64,000 nt of DNA from Eubacteriales bacterium (GCA_045592105.1 JAZNUB010000059.1:5691-69690); one strand, 5' to 3'. Numbered from the stretch's first letter, positions 44,054 to 54,517 are shown. The notes: generated from the letters alone by a model not told the origin. Numbers and translations: made by a program.

Positions 44054-45327
44054 TAACGCACCTCCTGCACAAAGCTTGCAAACCTGCTTATTTCCTTTTC
44101 CTCGCAAAACGCCGTTACGGTAAGGCTACCGTCCTCGTTATAAACGGAATCCTCCACCTCCGCAACGCCGTACAAAGCCGAGGCTTTGCCAACGGAAGCC
44201 GCAGGAAAGCAGAAGGTAACCCTGCGCCTACCGCCCCTAACGGTTTCCTCAAGCTTTGCTATAAACTCGCCTATCCCCATACCCGTTTTTGCAGATATCT
44301 CTATAACGCCCGCGGGTACAAACTGCGTTTTATCAGCGTTGTCCATCTTATTGTAAACGCGAAGTATGGGCTTGTCCTCGCCGCAAAGCTCCTCTATAAG
44401 CGAATCCGTCACTGCCGCCTTGCGCTGTATCTCCTCCACGCATTCAGAGCCGTCTGTTAGGTGGATGATTATATCCGCGTATTTAAGCTCGTCCAAGGTG
44501 GATTTAAACGCCTTTACAAGGTGGTGCGGAAGGCGGTCTATAAACCCAACCGTGTCGGTTAAAAGCACCTCAACGCCGTTTTCCGTAGTCAGCAGGCGCG
44601 TTGTGGGGTCAAGCGTTGCAAACAGCTTGTTTTCCGCAAGTATGCCCGCGGCGGTAAGGTGGTTTAAAAGCGTGGATTTGCCGCTGTTTGTGTAGCCAAC
44701 TATCGCGGCGTTTTTTATCGACTTTTTATCGCGTGCGGCGCGCTGTGTGCGGCGCGTGCGCTCCATTTCCGCAAGCTCCTCCTCCAAAGCGGCTATTCGG
44801 CGCCTTAGATGCCTACGGTCACTTTCCAGCTTGCTTTCACCGGGTCCGCGTGTGCCTATGCCGCCGCCAAGACGGCTTAGCTCCTTCCCCTTGCCCGTAA
44901 GGCGCGGCGCGGTGTACCGCAAGCAGGCTATCTCTACCTGTAGCTTGCCCTCACCCGTTACGGCGTGGAGTGCGAAAATATCAAGGATAAGCATTGTGCG
45001 GTCTATAACGCGCACACCTATCAGCTCCTCTAAATTAGCTATCTGCGATGGAGAAAGCTCGTTATCAAACACCACAAGGCTTATATCGCCATCCGCCTCC
45101 ACAAGCTTGGCAATCTCCAAAGCCTTGCCGGAGCCTATATACGTTTTGGGGTTTGGCTTATCCATGTTCTGCACAACGGTTGCCACCGCAGTACCGCCCG
45201 CCGTTTCCAAAAGATTTTCCAGCTCGGCAAGTGATACCTCTGCCGCCACCGTATCGCCTGTGCAAAGTGCCGCCAAAACCGCACGCGTGCCGTGCTCTAT
45301 ATCCACTATGTTTTCATTTCTCTGCAT
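44053..45327 (-). CDS. hflX: GTPase HflX
   Basis: 424 aa with the HflX N-domain and G-domain (G1 GYTNSGKST, G3 DTVGF, G4 NKMD). Confidence 0.94.
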   Translation of the reverse strand: MQRNENIVDIEHGTRAVLAALCTGDTVAAEVSLAELENLLETAGGTAVATVVQNMDKPNPKTYIGSGKALEIAKLVEADGDISLVVFDNELSPSQIANLEELIGVRVIDRTMLILDIFALHAVTGEGKLQVEIACLRYTAPRLTGKGKELSRLGGGIGTRGPGESKLESDRRHLRRRIAALEEELAEMERTRRTQRAARDKKSIKNAAIVGYTNSGKSTLLNHLTAAGILAENKLFATLDPTTRLLTTENGVEVLLTDTVGFIDRLPHHLVKAFKSTLDELKYADIIIHLTDGSECVEEIQRKAAVTDSLIEELCGEDKPILRVYNKMDNADKTQFVPAGVIEISAKTGMGIGEFIAKLEETVRGGRRRVTFCFPAASVGKASALYGVAEVEDSVYNEDGSLTVTAFCEEKEISRFASFVQEVR

Positions 45328-45351
45328 AAGCTATTCCCCCCCTTTTTTACA

Positions 45352-45390
45352 CACAAAAAAACAAAAGCAGCGCAAAAATGCGCCGCTTTT
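45352..45390 (-). terminator. rho-independent terminator of rpmE
   Basis: Minus strand: AGCGGCGC-auuuuu-GCGCUGCU followed by UUUGUUUUUUU. Confidence 0.7.
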
Positions 45391-45406
45391 ACCGTACTTT
45401 GCTATT

Positions 45407-45607
45407 TTACTCCAAATTGTACTTCTTCTTAAACTTGTCAACACGTCCGCCGGAGTCAACAAACTTCTGTTTACCGGTGAAGAACGGATGGCACTTGGAG
45501 CATATATCAACCTTGAGCTCGCTCTTGGTAGACACAGTCTGCATTTCCGCACCGCAAGCACATCTAACGGTGACTTTATTCAACTTCGGATGGATGCCTT
45601 CCTTCAC
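45407..45607 (-). CDS. rpmE: 50S ribosomal protein L31 (zinc-binding type A)
   Basis: 66 aa: MKEGIHPK...CACG...[19 protein letters not shown]. Confidence 0.97.
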   Translation of the reverse strand: MKEGIHPKLNKVTVRCACGAEMQTVSTKSELKVDICSKCHPFFTGKQKFVDSGGRVDKFKKKYNLE

Positions 45608-45656
45608 TTTAACTTCCCTCGCTTCCTATACAGTAATCTTTCGTTTCACAAATTGC

Positions 45657-45685
45657 AGTATAACACAGCTAAAAGCAAAAATCAA
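45657..45685 (-). promoter_or_regulatory. sigma-70-type promoter TTGATT-17-TATACT (TG-extended) for rpmE
   Basis: Minus strand: TTGATTtttgcttttagctgTGtTATACT. Confidence 0.45.
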
Positions 45686-45701
45686 TACTTTTTTTATTTT
45701 T

Positions 45702-46319
45702 TTACAGCACAAACATTAAAATTACGCAAGCCGCCTCAAAAGCTATAAGGCAAACGCTTTGTATAATGTTAAGCTTTTTAATTTTCACATTCAAAATAAA
45801 CGCTATACCAACCGCAAGCATAACAAGGTCAAACACGATATTAACCGCCAAAGTGCTTGTAACAAGCTTTTGCACTATCATAAGCGCGGGCAATACCATG
45901 CAGGAAAACGGCACGGGAACGCCCGTAAACGCTTTCATATTAAGGTCAGGAGTTTCCTCTATCGCCTGAGTGTTGAAATACGCAAGCCTTATAGCGGCAC
46001 ACGCAACATATACTATGTAGATAATTATATCGTACCATTTGTTAAAGCCGCAGAAATAAACTATAACGGCAGGAGCCACACCGAAGGACACCATATCGCA
46101 AACGGTATCTATCTGTATGCCAAAAACCTTTTCCTTGCGTGTACGGCTACCCGCACCGCGTGCAATACGCCCATCAAACATATCGCAAAGGCCCGACAGC
46201 AAAAACATACACACAGCAAGCTCCAAATGGCCGTGCTGTGCAAACACGCACGCAACAACTGCCGATGCCAGCCCCAACAGTGTAACGAAATTGGCAAGGT
46301 TATAAACCCCTATAAACAT
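45702..46319 (-). CDS. pssA: CDP-alcohol phosphatidyltransferase, phosphatidylserine synthase-like
   Basis: ATG at 46319; the longer ORF would run to 46421. Motif DMFDGRIARG...GIQIDTVCDMVSFG and 5-6 TM segments. Confidence 0.75.
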   Translation of the reverse strand: MFIGVYNLANFVTLLGLASAVVACVFAQHGHLELAVCMFLLSGLCDMFDGRIARGAGSRTRKEKVFGIQIDTVCDMVSFGVAPAVIVYFCGFNKWYDIIIYIVYVACAAIRLAYFNTQAIEETPDLNMKAFTGVPVPFSCMVLPALMIVQKLVTSTLAVNIVFDLVMLAVGIAFILNVKIKKLNIIQSVCLIAFEAACVILMFVL

Positions 46320-46350
46320 ATCCGTATTCCCCTTCAAATTTCTTATGTGC

Positions 46351-47241
46351 TTAATTGTATTTGTTAAGCGAAGCCAAAACGCCATACAGCTTAACGTAGC
46401 TTTCGTGGCGGCTTTCCGCAACGCTTCCGTTCCTTACCGCCTCGATAACCGCGCACCCCTCCTCCTTAAGGTGGGTGCAACCGCGAAATCGGCACTTGCC
46501 AAAAAACGGCTCAAACTCCGGAAAGCAATCAAAAAGCTCTTCCTTTTCGGCAATACCAAGCCTATCCTCGTCAAGCATGGTAAAGCCGGGAGTATCTGCA
46601 ATATACGTATCCTTCTCAACCGCAAAAAACTCCGTATGCCTTGTGGTGTTCCTGCCACGCTCTATCTTTTTGCTAAGCTCCCCTGTTTCCACGCCGATAC
46701 CTTCGTACAGCGCGTTAAGAAGGCTGGATTTGCCAACGCCGGATGCGCCTGCAAACACCGCGGTTTTGCCCTTTAGGTATACGCCAAGTGCGTTTACGCC
46801 GTGCCCCGTTGCGGCACTTAACGCAAAGCACTTATAGCCCGCTTTTTCATATATCGCAAGCAAGGCGCTTGCATTGCCAACGTCACACTTGTTTATGGCT
46901 AAAACCGTTTCTATCCCTCTGGAGTGTGCCATTGCCGTAAGCTTATCAATGTTGTACGGATACGGCACGGGGGTTGCGGCGGCAACCACTATAACAAACA
47001 CGTCTATATTGGCAACAAGCGGGCGCACAAGCGAATTAACGCGTGGCAGCAGCGCGGTTATAAAGCCGCTGCCATCGCTGTTAAGCTCTATCTCCACCCT
47101 GTCCCCCGCAAGCAGCCTTTCGCCGCCCTTGCGAATGCGGCTGCCCGCGTGGCACGCTACCGTATCACCGTTTACCGCAACGGTATACAGCCCTTTTTTT
47201 TCTTTAATTATAACACCGCTTGTCATAAGCATATTATTCAC
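46351..47241 (-). CDS. rsgA: ribosome small-subunit-dependent GTPase A
   Basis: 296 aa, circularly permuted GTPase (..NKCD.. before GASGVGKSSLLNAL) with a C-terminal zinc knuckle C.F.GCTH..E.GCAV. Confidence 0.94.
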   Translation of the reverse strand: MNNMLMTSGVIIKEKKGLYTVAVNGDTVACHAGSRIRKGGERLLAGDRVEIELNSDGSGFITALLPRVNSLVRPLVANIDVFVIVVAAATPVPYPYNIDKLTAMAHSRGIETVLAINKCDVGNASALLAIYEKAGYKCFALSAATGHGVNALGVYLKGKTAVFAGASGVGKSSLLNALYEGIGVETGELSKKIERGRNTTRHTEFFAVEKDTYIADTPGFTMLDEDRLGIAEKEELFDCFPEFEPFFGKCRFRGCTHLKEEGCAVIEAVRNGSVAESRHESYVKLYGVLASLNKYN

Positions 47242-49378
47242 TTGCTTCGCTGTTTATGCCCACATCCTCGCTTTCGGGTTCAGCGGGGAGGCGTGAAAGA
47301 GTTATCTCCACGGTTTCACCCTCAGGCAGCTCCTCACCTTCCTCTACGGATTGAGCCAAAACAACACCGGGCTCCACTTCATCAGTTTCCTCGTAAACGA
47401 AGGTGTAAAGCCCATCTATCCCTGCGCGAAGCAGCATATCCTCCGCCTCGCTCTTGGTAAGCCCAATAACGGCGGGCATTATCAGCTTAGGCCTTTGCTT
47501 GCTTACAACTATATCAACGGTAGTGCCTACAAGCAGCATCTCCTCAGCCTCGTACTGCTGTTCTATAACCAAGCCTGTTTCGATTTCGCTTTCCTTCTCC
47601 GTTACCTCGCCCAGAGTAAGCCCAACGGCGCCAAGCTCTCTACGCGCCTCCTCCTCGGTAAGCCCCAAAAGCGATGGCATCTTTGCCTCGGTATTGGGAA
47701 CGAAAACGTAAAGCTTCACCTTACTGCCCTCAACTATAACGTCGCCCTCTTTAATAGGCTCGCCATCGGCGTTTTCTATACGCAAAACCTGATTAGTTGT
47801 TGCATATTTCATATCCTCGGCAGATATTTTACCGCCGTTTCCATGCTCCGGCCCAACGTGAATTACGGTTATATCGTATACGCCCCAGCTGTTAAACTTA
47901 CTTTCAACGTACGATTTTGTCATCAAAAGCTGGTTTTCGTATTTATAACTCATCGGCCCAAGGCTTATGGTTAGCTTCAAGCCGTTGTAATACTCGTTCC
48001 CATCGGGAAGCACCACGTTGCCGTACTTAGATTGCTCCAATATCTCGCCTTTGGGCTTGTGGCTGTTTACGTGCGTAACGTTTTTATCCAAAATCACTAT
48101 ACCGTTTTGATTTCCTCTGTCCGCACCGTTCTTTAGATACTCGATAAGCTCGTCATCGTAAATCTCGCCAACAAGGTTTGGCACGTATATCTCCTGCGGC
48201 TTATCGCTTCCGTCAAACAAGGGCTTTATATAAGAGGAAAACAGAAAAGCAAGCACCGCAACAAACACTATAACAACCGCGCTCCACACCCCCGCTATTA
48301 TCGGGAACATACTGTGGCTTGCACCCGTGAATAACGAACGCTTTTTCTTTTTGCTTTTCTTTGCCACCGCCTTCTTGCTTGGCTCCTTAACCTGCTGGTC
48401 TATCGCCTTACTGCCGAAAACGGAAACGTCCACACCGTCATACGGGATTATTTCGCCTATGCTTGCGGTTTCAATGCTATCTATATTTACGGTATTGGGT
48501 ACTGCGGCAGCTTCAGTGCTGCCTACCGTAAAAACCACATCGGGATTGTTGTAAAGCACCTCTAAGGCTTTAAGCATACTGTGCGCGGAAGCAAACCTGT
48601 TTGCAGGGTCCTTTTCCATAGCCTTCAGTATTATCTGATTAAGCCCCTCAGGTATTGCGGGGTTGTGCTTTATAGGAGCTTCGGGTATGGTGTTTACCTG
48701 CATCATCGCAACGTTCAGCGCGTTTTCGTGAACGAAAGGAAGCCTGCCCGTTGCCATCTCATAAAGCATTATACCAACGGAATACAGATCCGCATGGAAA
48801 TCGGTTGCTTTGCCGCTTGCCTGCTCAGGGCTGATATAGTACACGGTGCCTATAGCCTTTTCGTCCACCGTAAGCGCAGAAGCGTTAGGCAGCTTGGCTA
48901 TACCAAAATCCGTTACCTTTATCTCGGCATTCTTGTTAAGCATTATGTTTTGGGGCTTTATATCCCTATGAACTATGCCCTTGCTGTGTGCGTGCTCCAA
49001 CGCCTTTAGTATCTGCAAGGCGTAAAAGGATGCTTCCCTCCAAAACAGTATGCCCTTTTTGTCTATATATTCTTTAAGCGTTATGCCATCCAAAAACTCC
49101 ATAACGATATACTTCATATCGCTGAAGATAGCAACATCGTATATGCTTACAATATTTTTATGAGAGGACATTGCAACAGCCTTGGATTCGTTTATAAAAC
49201 GCTGTTCCATAGCCTGATCGCCATTAAAATCGGAGCTTAATATCTTAAGTGCTACCAAGCGGTTCATAACCAAATCCTCCGCCTTAAGCACCACCGCCAT
49301 ACCGCCGTGACCAACCACGTCAAGTATCTTATAGCGTTTATCAAGCACCTTGCCTACGTATTCCTCGTAATTATCCAT
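47234..49378 (-). CDS. prkC: Ser/Thr protein kinase with PASTA repeats (PrkC/PknB type)
   Basis: Hanks kinase motifs (VALK, HRDIKPQN, DFGIA, SPEQ), one TM segment, and extracellular PASTA-like repeats (..PSLLGLTEEEARREL.., ..PAVIGLTKSEAEDML..). Confidence 0.93.
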   Translation of the reverse strand: MDNYEEYVGKVLDKRYKILDVVGHGGMAVVLKAEDLVMNRLVALKILSSDFNGDQAMEQRFINESKAVAMSSHKNIVSIYDVAIFSDMKYIVMEFLDGITLKEYIDKKGILFWREASFYALQILKALEHAHSKGIVHRDIKPQNIMLNKNAEIKVTDFGIAKLPNASALTVDEKAIGTVYYISPEQASGKATDFHADLYSVGIMLYEMATGRLPFVHENALNVAMMQVNTIPEAPIKHNPAIPEGLNQIILKAMEKDPANRFASAHSMLKALEVLYNNPDVVFTVGSTEAAAVPNTVNIDSIETASIGEIIPYDGVDVSVFGSKAIDQQVKEPSKKAVAKKSKKKKRSLFTGASHSMFPIIAGVWSAVVIVFVAVLAFLFSSYIKPLFDGSDKPQEIYVPNLVGEIYDDELIEYLKNGADRGNQNGIVILDKNVTHVNSHKPKGEILEQSKYGNVVLPDGNEYYNGLKLTISLGPMSYKYENQLLMTKSYVESKFNSWGVYDITVIHVGPEHGNGGKISAEDMKYATTNQVLRIENADGEPIKEGDVIVEGSKVKLYVFVPNTEAKMPSLLGLTEEEARRELGAVGLTLGEVTEKESEIETGLVIEQQYEAEEMLLVGTTVDIVVSKQRPKLIMPAVIGLTKSEAEDMLLRAGIDGLYTFVYEETDEVEPGVVLAQSVEEGEELPEGETVEITLSRLPAEPESEDVGINSEASE

Positions 49379-50117
49379 CGTTTTCCTCCTTCATCAGAAG
49401 TATAACCGTTATATTGTCACCACCGCCGCCTTTGTTTGCGGCCTGAACCAAAGAATTAACCTTTTTCTTAACGGAGCAGTCAGAAACAAGGATGCCCTCC
49501 ATAGCCTCTTCCGAAACATAGTTTACAAGCCCATCGCTACAAAGAAGCAAGCCATCAAACTTTTCCACCATAAAAAAGTCCGCCTCAACACGCTCGCCTA
49601 TGCCTAACGCTCGCGTTATTACGTTGCGGTTAGGGTGGGTTGCCGCTTCCTCCTCTGTAATACGCCCATTATCCAGCAGAAACTGAACGTAGGAATGGTC
49701 TTTTGTAACCTGAAGCGTAGCCCCTTCCGAAAGCTTGTAAAGCCTACTGTCACCAATATTCAAAACAAACGCTCTGCCGCGCCACGCAAAGCAGGCAACA
49801 AGCGTTGTACCCATACCCGATAGCTCAAGGTCGGTACCCGCGCGCTCAAACACGGCGGTATTTGCCGCCTCCACAGCGCAAAGCATAGCGGATTTAATAA
49901 TCTGCCCCGAAAGCTCGTTACAGCTTTTGCCTATTTCCTTAAACAAGGTATCGGTGTATACACACACGGCAAGCTCACTTGCCACACTGCCGCCGTGAAC
50001 ACCGCCCATACCGTCACAAACAACGGCGGAAACAAAATCGTCCCCTTCGCTTATCTGAAAGCTATCCTCGTTACCCTTACGAAGCTTGCCCGTATCGGAT
50101 TTACCGTAGCTTATCAT
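49371..50117 (-). CDS. stp: PP2C-family Ser/Thr phosphatase (Stp/PrpC)
   Basis: ATG at 50117; the ORF extension to 50198 overlaps rlmN. Motifs ..RKGNEDSF.., ..VCDGMGG.., ..LLCSDGL.., ..GGGDNITV... Confidence 0.92.
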   Translation of the reverse strand: MISYGKSDTGKLRKGNEDSFQISEGDDFVSAVVCDGMGGVHGGSVASELAVCVYTDTLFKEIGKSCNELSGQIIKSAMLCAVEAANTAVFERAGTDLELSGMGTTLVACFAWRGRAFVLNIGDSRLYKLSEGATLQVTKDHSYVQFLLDNGRITEEEAATHPNRNVITRALGIGERVEADFFMVEKFDGLLLCSDGLVNYVSEEAMEGILVSDCSVKKKVNSLVQAANKGGGGDNITVILLMKEENDG

Positions 50118-50124
50118 AGTTGTA

Positions 50125-51165
50125 TCACCCATTCTCTTTCGCGTACGCATCATGCTCATCCCTAAGCTGGCCGCAAGCGGCGGAAATATCCGCACCAAGC
50201 CTGCGGCGAACGGTTGCCGTTATCCCGTAGCCGCCAAGACGCTTAACAAAAGCATCTGCCGCTTCACGGGTGGCGCGTTTAAACTCTCTTTCCTTAATTT
50301 CGTTCACAGGTATAAGGTTCACGTGGCACAAAGTACCCTTAAGCCGTTTTCCAAGCTCATCCGCCAAGGGCAAGGTATCCGTTACGCCGGATATCAAAGC
50401 ATACTCAAAGCTTATTCTGCGCCCCGTTATATCCTCGTACTCCTTGCAGGCGGAAAGCAGCTCGTCCACAGAATACCTGTTTGCTATCGGCATTATGCTT
50501 TTCCGCAAGGTGTCGTTCGGCGCGTGCAGCGAAACGGAAAGCGTTATTTGTAGCTTTTCTTTCGCCAACTGCCTTATGTTATCCACCAACCCGCAAGTGG
50601 ACAAGGATATATGCCTATGACCGATCCCCAGCCCGTTTTTATCGTTTACTAAGCGTAGAAAGCGAAGCACGTTATCGTAATTATCAAGCGGCTCGCCCAT
50701 ACCCATAAGCACCACGCCGCCAACCTTCTCGCCTGTGTCCTTCTCTGCCGCTTGAATCTGCGCCAACATCTCGGAAGCAAGCAGGTTGCGTTTAAGCCCG
50801 TTAATCGTGGAAGCGCAGAACTTGCACCCCATCCTACAGCCCGCTTGCGTGGAAATGCAAAGCGTGTTGCCGTGGTTATAGCGCATAAATACGCTTTCTA
50901 TGTACTCCCCATCATAAAGCCTAAACAGGTATTTAACAGTTCCGTCTATTTTAGAAACCTGCTTTGCCTCTATCTGCGCGGTAGGTATGAAATATTCATT
51001 TTCAAGCTTTTCACGCAATGCCTTGGGCAGGTTGCTCATATCCTCAAAGCAAGCAGCCGCGCCGTGTAGCCATTTAAACACCTGCAAAGCGCGAAACTTT
51101 GGTTGCCCCATTGCCTCCATTGCCGCCTCCAGCTCCGGAAGCAGCATACTTTTTATATCTGTCAT
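50125..51165 (-). CDS. rlmN: 23S rRNA/tRNA (adenine-C2)-methyltransferase RlmN (radical SAM)
   Basis: 346 aa with radical SAM CxxxCxxC (CRMGCKFC) and ..GMGEPLDN.. blocks. Confidence 0.95.
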   Translation of the reverse strand: MTDIKSMLLPELEAAMEAMGQPKFRALQVFKWLHGAAACFEDMSNLPKALREKLENEYFIPTAQIEAKQVSKIDGTVKYLFRLYDGEYIESVFMRYNHGNTLCISTQAGCRMGCKFCASTINGLKRNLLASEMLAQIQAAEKDTGEKVGGVVLMGMGEPLDNYDNVLRFLRLVNDKNGLGIGHRHISLSTCGLVDNIRQLAKEKLQITLSVSLHAPNDTLRKSIMPIANRYSVDELLSACKEYEDITGRRISFEYALISGVTDTLPLADELGKRLKGTLCHVNLIPVNEIKEREFKRATREAADAFVKRLGGYGITATVRRRLGADISAACGQLRDEHDAYAKENG

Positions 51166-51167
51166 CT

Positions 51168-52418
51168 CTATGCCTTTTCCAAAACGGCTATAAAAAACCC
51201 GTCCTTATTATTTTCCGTTGGCAGTACCGTGCGCATACTTACAACGCGCGCCATAGCACCCTCTGCAAACGGAACTAAAACGCCCTCGTTTTCATCCTTG
51301 TTTATGGTGCAGGTAGAATACACCAGCCTGCCGCCCTTTTTAAGGTAGCCCCACGCAACGGAAAGTATCGCCCTTTGCGTTTCTATCAGCTTATCCACCG
51401 TGTCAAGGCTTTTGTATCGTATTTCAGGTCTGCCCTTTATCGCACCTATGCCGGAGCACGGCACGTCGCAAATAACGCGGTCTGCCAGCTCCTCAAAGCC
51501 GATAACGGGCTTTCTGCCATCGTGCGCCCTTGTTTCTATTATATCCACGCCTAAAACAGCCGCGCTTTTTTCTATAAGCGAAAGCTTGTTTGCGTGCAGG
51601 TCCATGCTAATTATCCTGCCCTTGCCGCCCATATCCAATGCCGCGCCAAGCGTTTTACCACCGGGGCAAGCACATACGTCTATTACGGTTTGCCCTTCCT
51701 TTGCGTCAAGCGCCTCCACCGCCTCCTGCGAGGATAGCCCCTGCACGAAGGCAAGCCCGCTATTTACTGCCTCCAGCGCTTTATCCGCACCGTTCAGCAC
51801 AAGCAACGCCTTGCCCTGTACCTCTGTTTCGGCACCTTCGCTTTTCAGCTGCGCGTTCAGCGCCGCCACCGTGGTTTTAAGCGTATTAACACGCAAGCAC
51901 AAAGCGTTACTGTTGTAAAACGAAGCCATTATATCAGCCGCGTTTTCGGCGTACTGCCTTTGTAAAAGACTGCATATATCCTTGGAAAGCGATGCCTTTA
52001 TATGCTCATCGGCACCGTTAAGCTGCTCTGTTAAGCTTTTTCTGGCGCGGCAGGCGGAACGCATTACCGCGTTTACAAACCCGCGCTTGCCCTTATTTTT
52101 AACAAGCGCAACGCTCTCGTTACACGCCGCCATATCAGGCACCTTCATATAAAAAAGCTGTAAAAAGCCAAGCCTTAATATCGCAAGCAGCTCCTTATCA
52201 ATGGCACTAACGTCCCTACCTGATGCCTTGCTTATTAAAAAATCCAAGCTATACATACGCTCTATCGCGCCGTTCACAAGAGCCACGCAAAAAGCCCTAT
52301 CCACGCCCGAAAGACCGTATTTTTTAACCGCCGTGCCTATCTCTATATTGGAATACGCACCCTGCTCCCACACGCGGCGGGTTACGTACAGCGCACATTC
52401 CCTTGCTTTATCTGCCAT
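51168..52418 (-). CDS. rsmB: 16S rRNA (cytosine-C5)-methyltransferase RsmB
   Basis: 416 aa with a NusB-like N-domain, SAM motif ..DVCACPGGKT.., and catalytic ..DVPCSGIG.. and ..YSTCT... Confidence 0.92.
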   Translation of the reverse strand: MADKARECALYVTRRVWEQGAYSNIEIGTAVKKYGLSGVDRAFCVALVNGAIERMYSLDFLISKASGRDVSAIDKELLAILRLGFLQLFYMKVPDMAACNESVALVKNKGKRGFVNAVMRSACRARKSLTEQLNGADEHIKASLSKDICSLLQRQYAENAADIMASFYNSNALCLRVNTLKTTVAALNAQLKSEGAETEVQGKALLVLNGADKALEAVNSGLAFVQGLSSQEAVEALDAKEGQTVIDVCACPGGKTLGAALDMGGKGRIISMDLHANKLSLIEKSAAVLGVDIIETRAHDGRKPVIGFEELADRVICDVPCSGIGAIKGRPEIRYKSLDTVDKLIETQRAILSVAWGYLKKGGRLVYSTCTINKDENEGVLVPFAEGAMARVVSMRTVLPTENNKDGFFIAVLEKA

Positions 52419-52420
52419 AA

Positions 52421-53128
52421 CTAATCTCTTCTTTTAGCTATTGATATATAACGGAACAGCGTTAGCAGGCTTACCGCCAATGCCGCAACATAGGTCATCG
52501 CCGCGGCAGAAAGCACCTTTTTGGTACCCTTCAGCTCATAGTCCGTTAAAATGCCGTACTCCTCAAGCGAACGAAGCGCACGACGGCTTGCATCAAACTC
52601 CGTAGGAAGCGTTACAAGCTGAAAAGCGGTTGTAATCGAAAACAAGGCTATACCCGCCCATATAAGCCCCATAAACCCAAGAAAGAAGCCCAAAAGCAAC
52701 AGCAAGCCCGAAAACCTTGCACCAAAGTTTGTTATCGGCACCATTGCCATACGAAGCTTTGCAGGCCCGTACTCCTTTTCGTGCTGGATGGCGTGCCCCG
52801 CCTCGTGGCAAGCAACGCCTATCGCGGCGATAGAGCTTTTGCCGTATACGGATTCCGAAAGAGATATAACGTTTGTTTTAGGGTTGTAGTTATCGGTAAG
52901 CTCGCCGCTTATGCGCGCTATACCCACACCATAAACTCCGTTTGCCTGCAATATTCTTTGAACAGCCATCTCCGCCGTCATACCACAGCTTGCGGCTTTC
53001 TTGGCGTATTTTGCATAAGTTGTTTTTACTCTAACACTTGTTATCAGCGATAAAATCATTGCCGCAATCAGCAAAAGATACGTCCAGTCAAAGCTAACGT
53101 CGCTGTAATAACCGTGATACAAATACAT
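52421..53128 (-). CDS. membrane zinc metallopeptidase (YugP-like, Zn_peptidase_2)
   Basis: 235 aa with HEAGHAIQH and flanking TM segments. Confidence 0.85.
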   Translation of the reverse strand: MYLYHGYYSDVSFDWTYLLLIAAMILSLITSVRVKTTYAKYAKKAASCGMTAEMAVQRILQANGVYGVGIARISGELTDNYNPKTNVISLSESVYGKSSIAAIGVACHEAGHAIQHEKEYGPAKLRMAMVPITNFGARFSGLLLLLGFFLGFMGLIWAGIALFSITTAFQLVTLPTEFDASRRALRSLEEYGILTDYELKGTKKVLSAAAMTYVAALAVSLLTLFRYISIAKRRD

Positions 53129-53140
53129 AGGATGCCTCCT

Positions 53141-54043
53141 TTAAAGCTTGTTGCCCACAAGAAACTCCGCCGCTGTCATCGCGCGCTTACCCTCCGGCTG
53201 TAAAACGGTTATAATCACGCTGCCGCTACCGCAAGCCAGCTCTATCCCCGTTTTATCCGCAGAAAGCACCGTGCCCGCCGTGCCGTTGCCGTTACCTCTA
53301 AGTGCGCTTATTAGCTTAAAGCGCCTACCGTTTATCACCGCAAACGCGCACGGATATGGCGAAAGCCCCCTTATTTTGTTGTAAACCTTATCGGCGGGAA
53401 GCGAAAAATCTATCTCCGTTTCCGCCTTTTCTATCTTTGCCGCGTAGGTTGCAAGCGCATCGTTTTGCTTTGTACGCGTATGGCTTTCAGCCGCCAAAAA
53501 CTCACTTATAGCCTCTGCCCCTAAGGTGGACAATGCATCGTGATACATCCCCGCCGTCATATCGTTGGGTATAGGCAGCTCCTTTCGAAGTATCATATCC
53601 CCCGTATCAAGCCCCTCAGCCATATACATAATGGTTACACCGCCAACGGTGTCCCCCTCCATTATGGCTCTGTTTATCGGTGCGGCACCCCTATGGCGCG
53701 GTAAAAGCGATGCGTGTATGTTTACACAGCCAAGCCGTGCGGCACCCAGCACCTCCAAAGGCAGTATCTTGCCGTATGCCGCAACGATTATATAATCTGC
53801 ATTTTCTTCAGCTATTATACGCTGTGCTTCCTCATTTCTAAGGCTTTGCGGCTGATAAACCTTTATGCCCTTTTCCAAAGCGTACGCCTTAACGGGCGTT
53901 GGCGTAAACGCCATACCGCGCCCGCGCTGTTTATCGGGCTGGGTTACAACAAGGCTTACGTTATGCCCGTCCTCACATATACGCTTTAACGGCTCCACCG
54001 CGAAATCGGGCGTTCCCATATATATAATTTTATAACTTTTCAA
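53141..54043 (-). CDS. fmt: methionyl-tRNA formyltransferase
   Basis: 300 aa: ..IIYMGTPDFAV.., ..NIHASLLPRHRGAAPI... Confidence 0.96.
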   Translation of the reverse strand: MKSYKIIYMGTPDFAVEPLKRICEDGHNVSLVVTQPDKQRGRGMAFTPTPVKAYALEKGIKVYQPQSLRNEEAQRIIAEENADYIIVAAYGKILPLEVLGAARLGCVNIHASLLPRHRGAAPINRAIMEGDTVGGVTIMYMAEGLDTGDMILRKELPIPNDMTAGMYHDALSTLGAEAISEFLAAESHTRTKQNDALATYAAKIEKAETEIDFSLPADKVYNKIRGLSPYPCAFAVINGRRFKLISALRGNGNGTAGTVLSADKTGIELACGSGSVIITVLQPEGKRAMTAAEFLVGNKL

Positions 54044-54500
54044 GCTCTTCCTCCGTTAGCATACGTAAGACCTTGTCCGTAAACAAAACACCGTTTAAAT
54101 GGTCTATCTCGTGGCAAAAGCAACGCGCAACTATCCCCGTACCGTCCGCCTCGTAATACTTGCCATGGCGGTTCATCGCACGCACCTTAACGTAAGCAGG
54201 GCGGCGCGTTACGCCCCAACGGTTCGGAACGGAAAGACACCCCTCATAATCCTCCTGCTCGCCCTTGGTTTCTATTATTTCGGGGTTGATAAGCTCCAGC
54301 ACTTTTTCGCCGTTGTCCACCAAAACAACACGGCGCAGTATGCCAACCTGCGGTGCGGCAAGCCCAACACCGCCCGATAGCTTAAGCGTTTCCTGCATAT
54401 CGTCCAAAAGCTGTAAAAGCCTTGGGCTTATTTTTTCAACGGGCTTAGACGTTTTTCTTAACGTGTCCTCCCCGTCCTTCAATATATTAAGTATAGCCAT
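54030..54500 (-). CDS. def: peptide deformylase
   Basis: 156 aa with motifs GVGLAAPQ, EGCLS and HEIDH. Confidence 0.97.
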   Translation of the reverse strand: MAILNILKDGEDTLRKTSKPVEKISPRLLQLLDDMQETLKLSGGVGLAAPQVGILRRVVLVDNGEKVLELINPEIIETKGEQEDYEGCLSVPNRWGVTRRPAYVKVRAMNRHGKYYEADGTGIVARCFCHEIDHLNGVLFTDKVLRMLTEEELEKL

Positions 54501-54517
54501 TATTAGCCCTCACTTGA

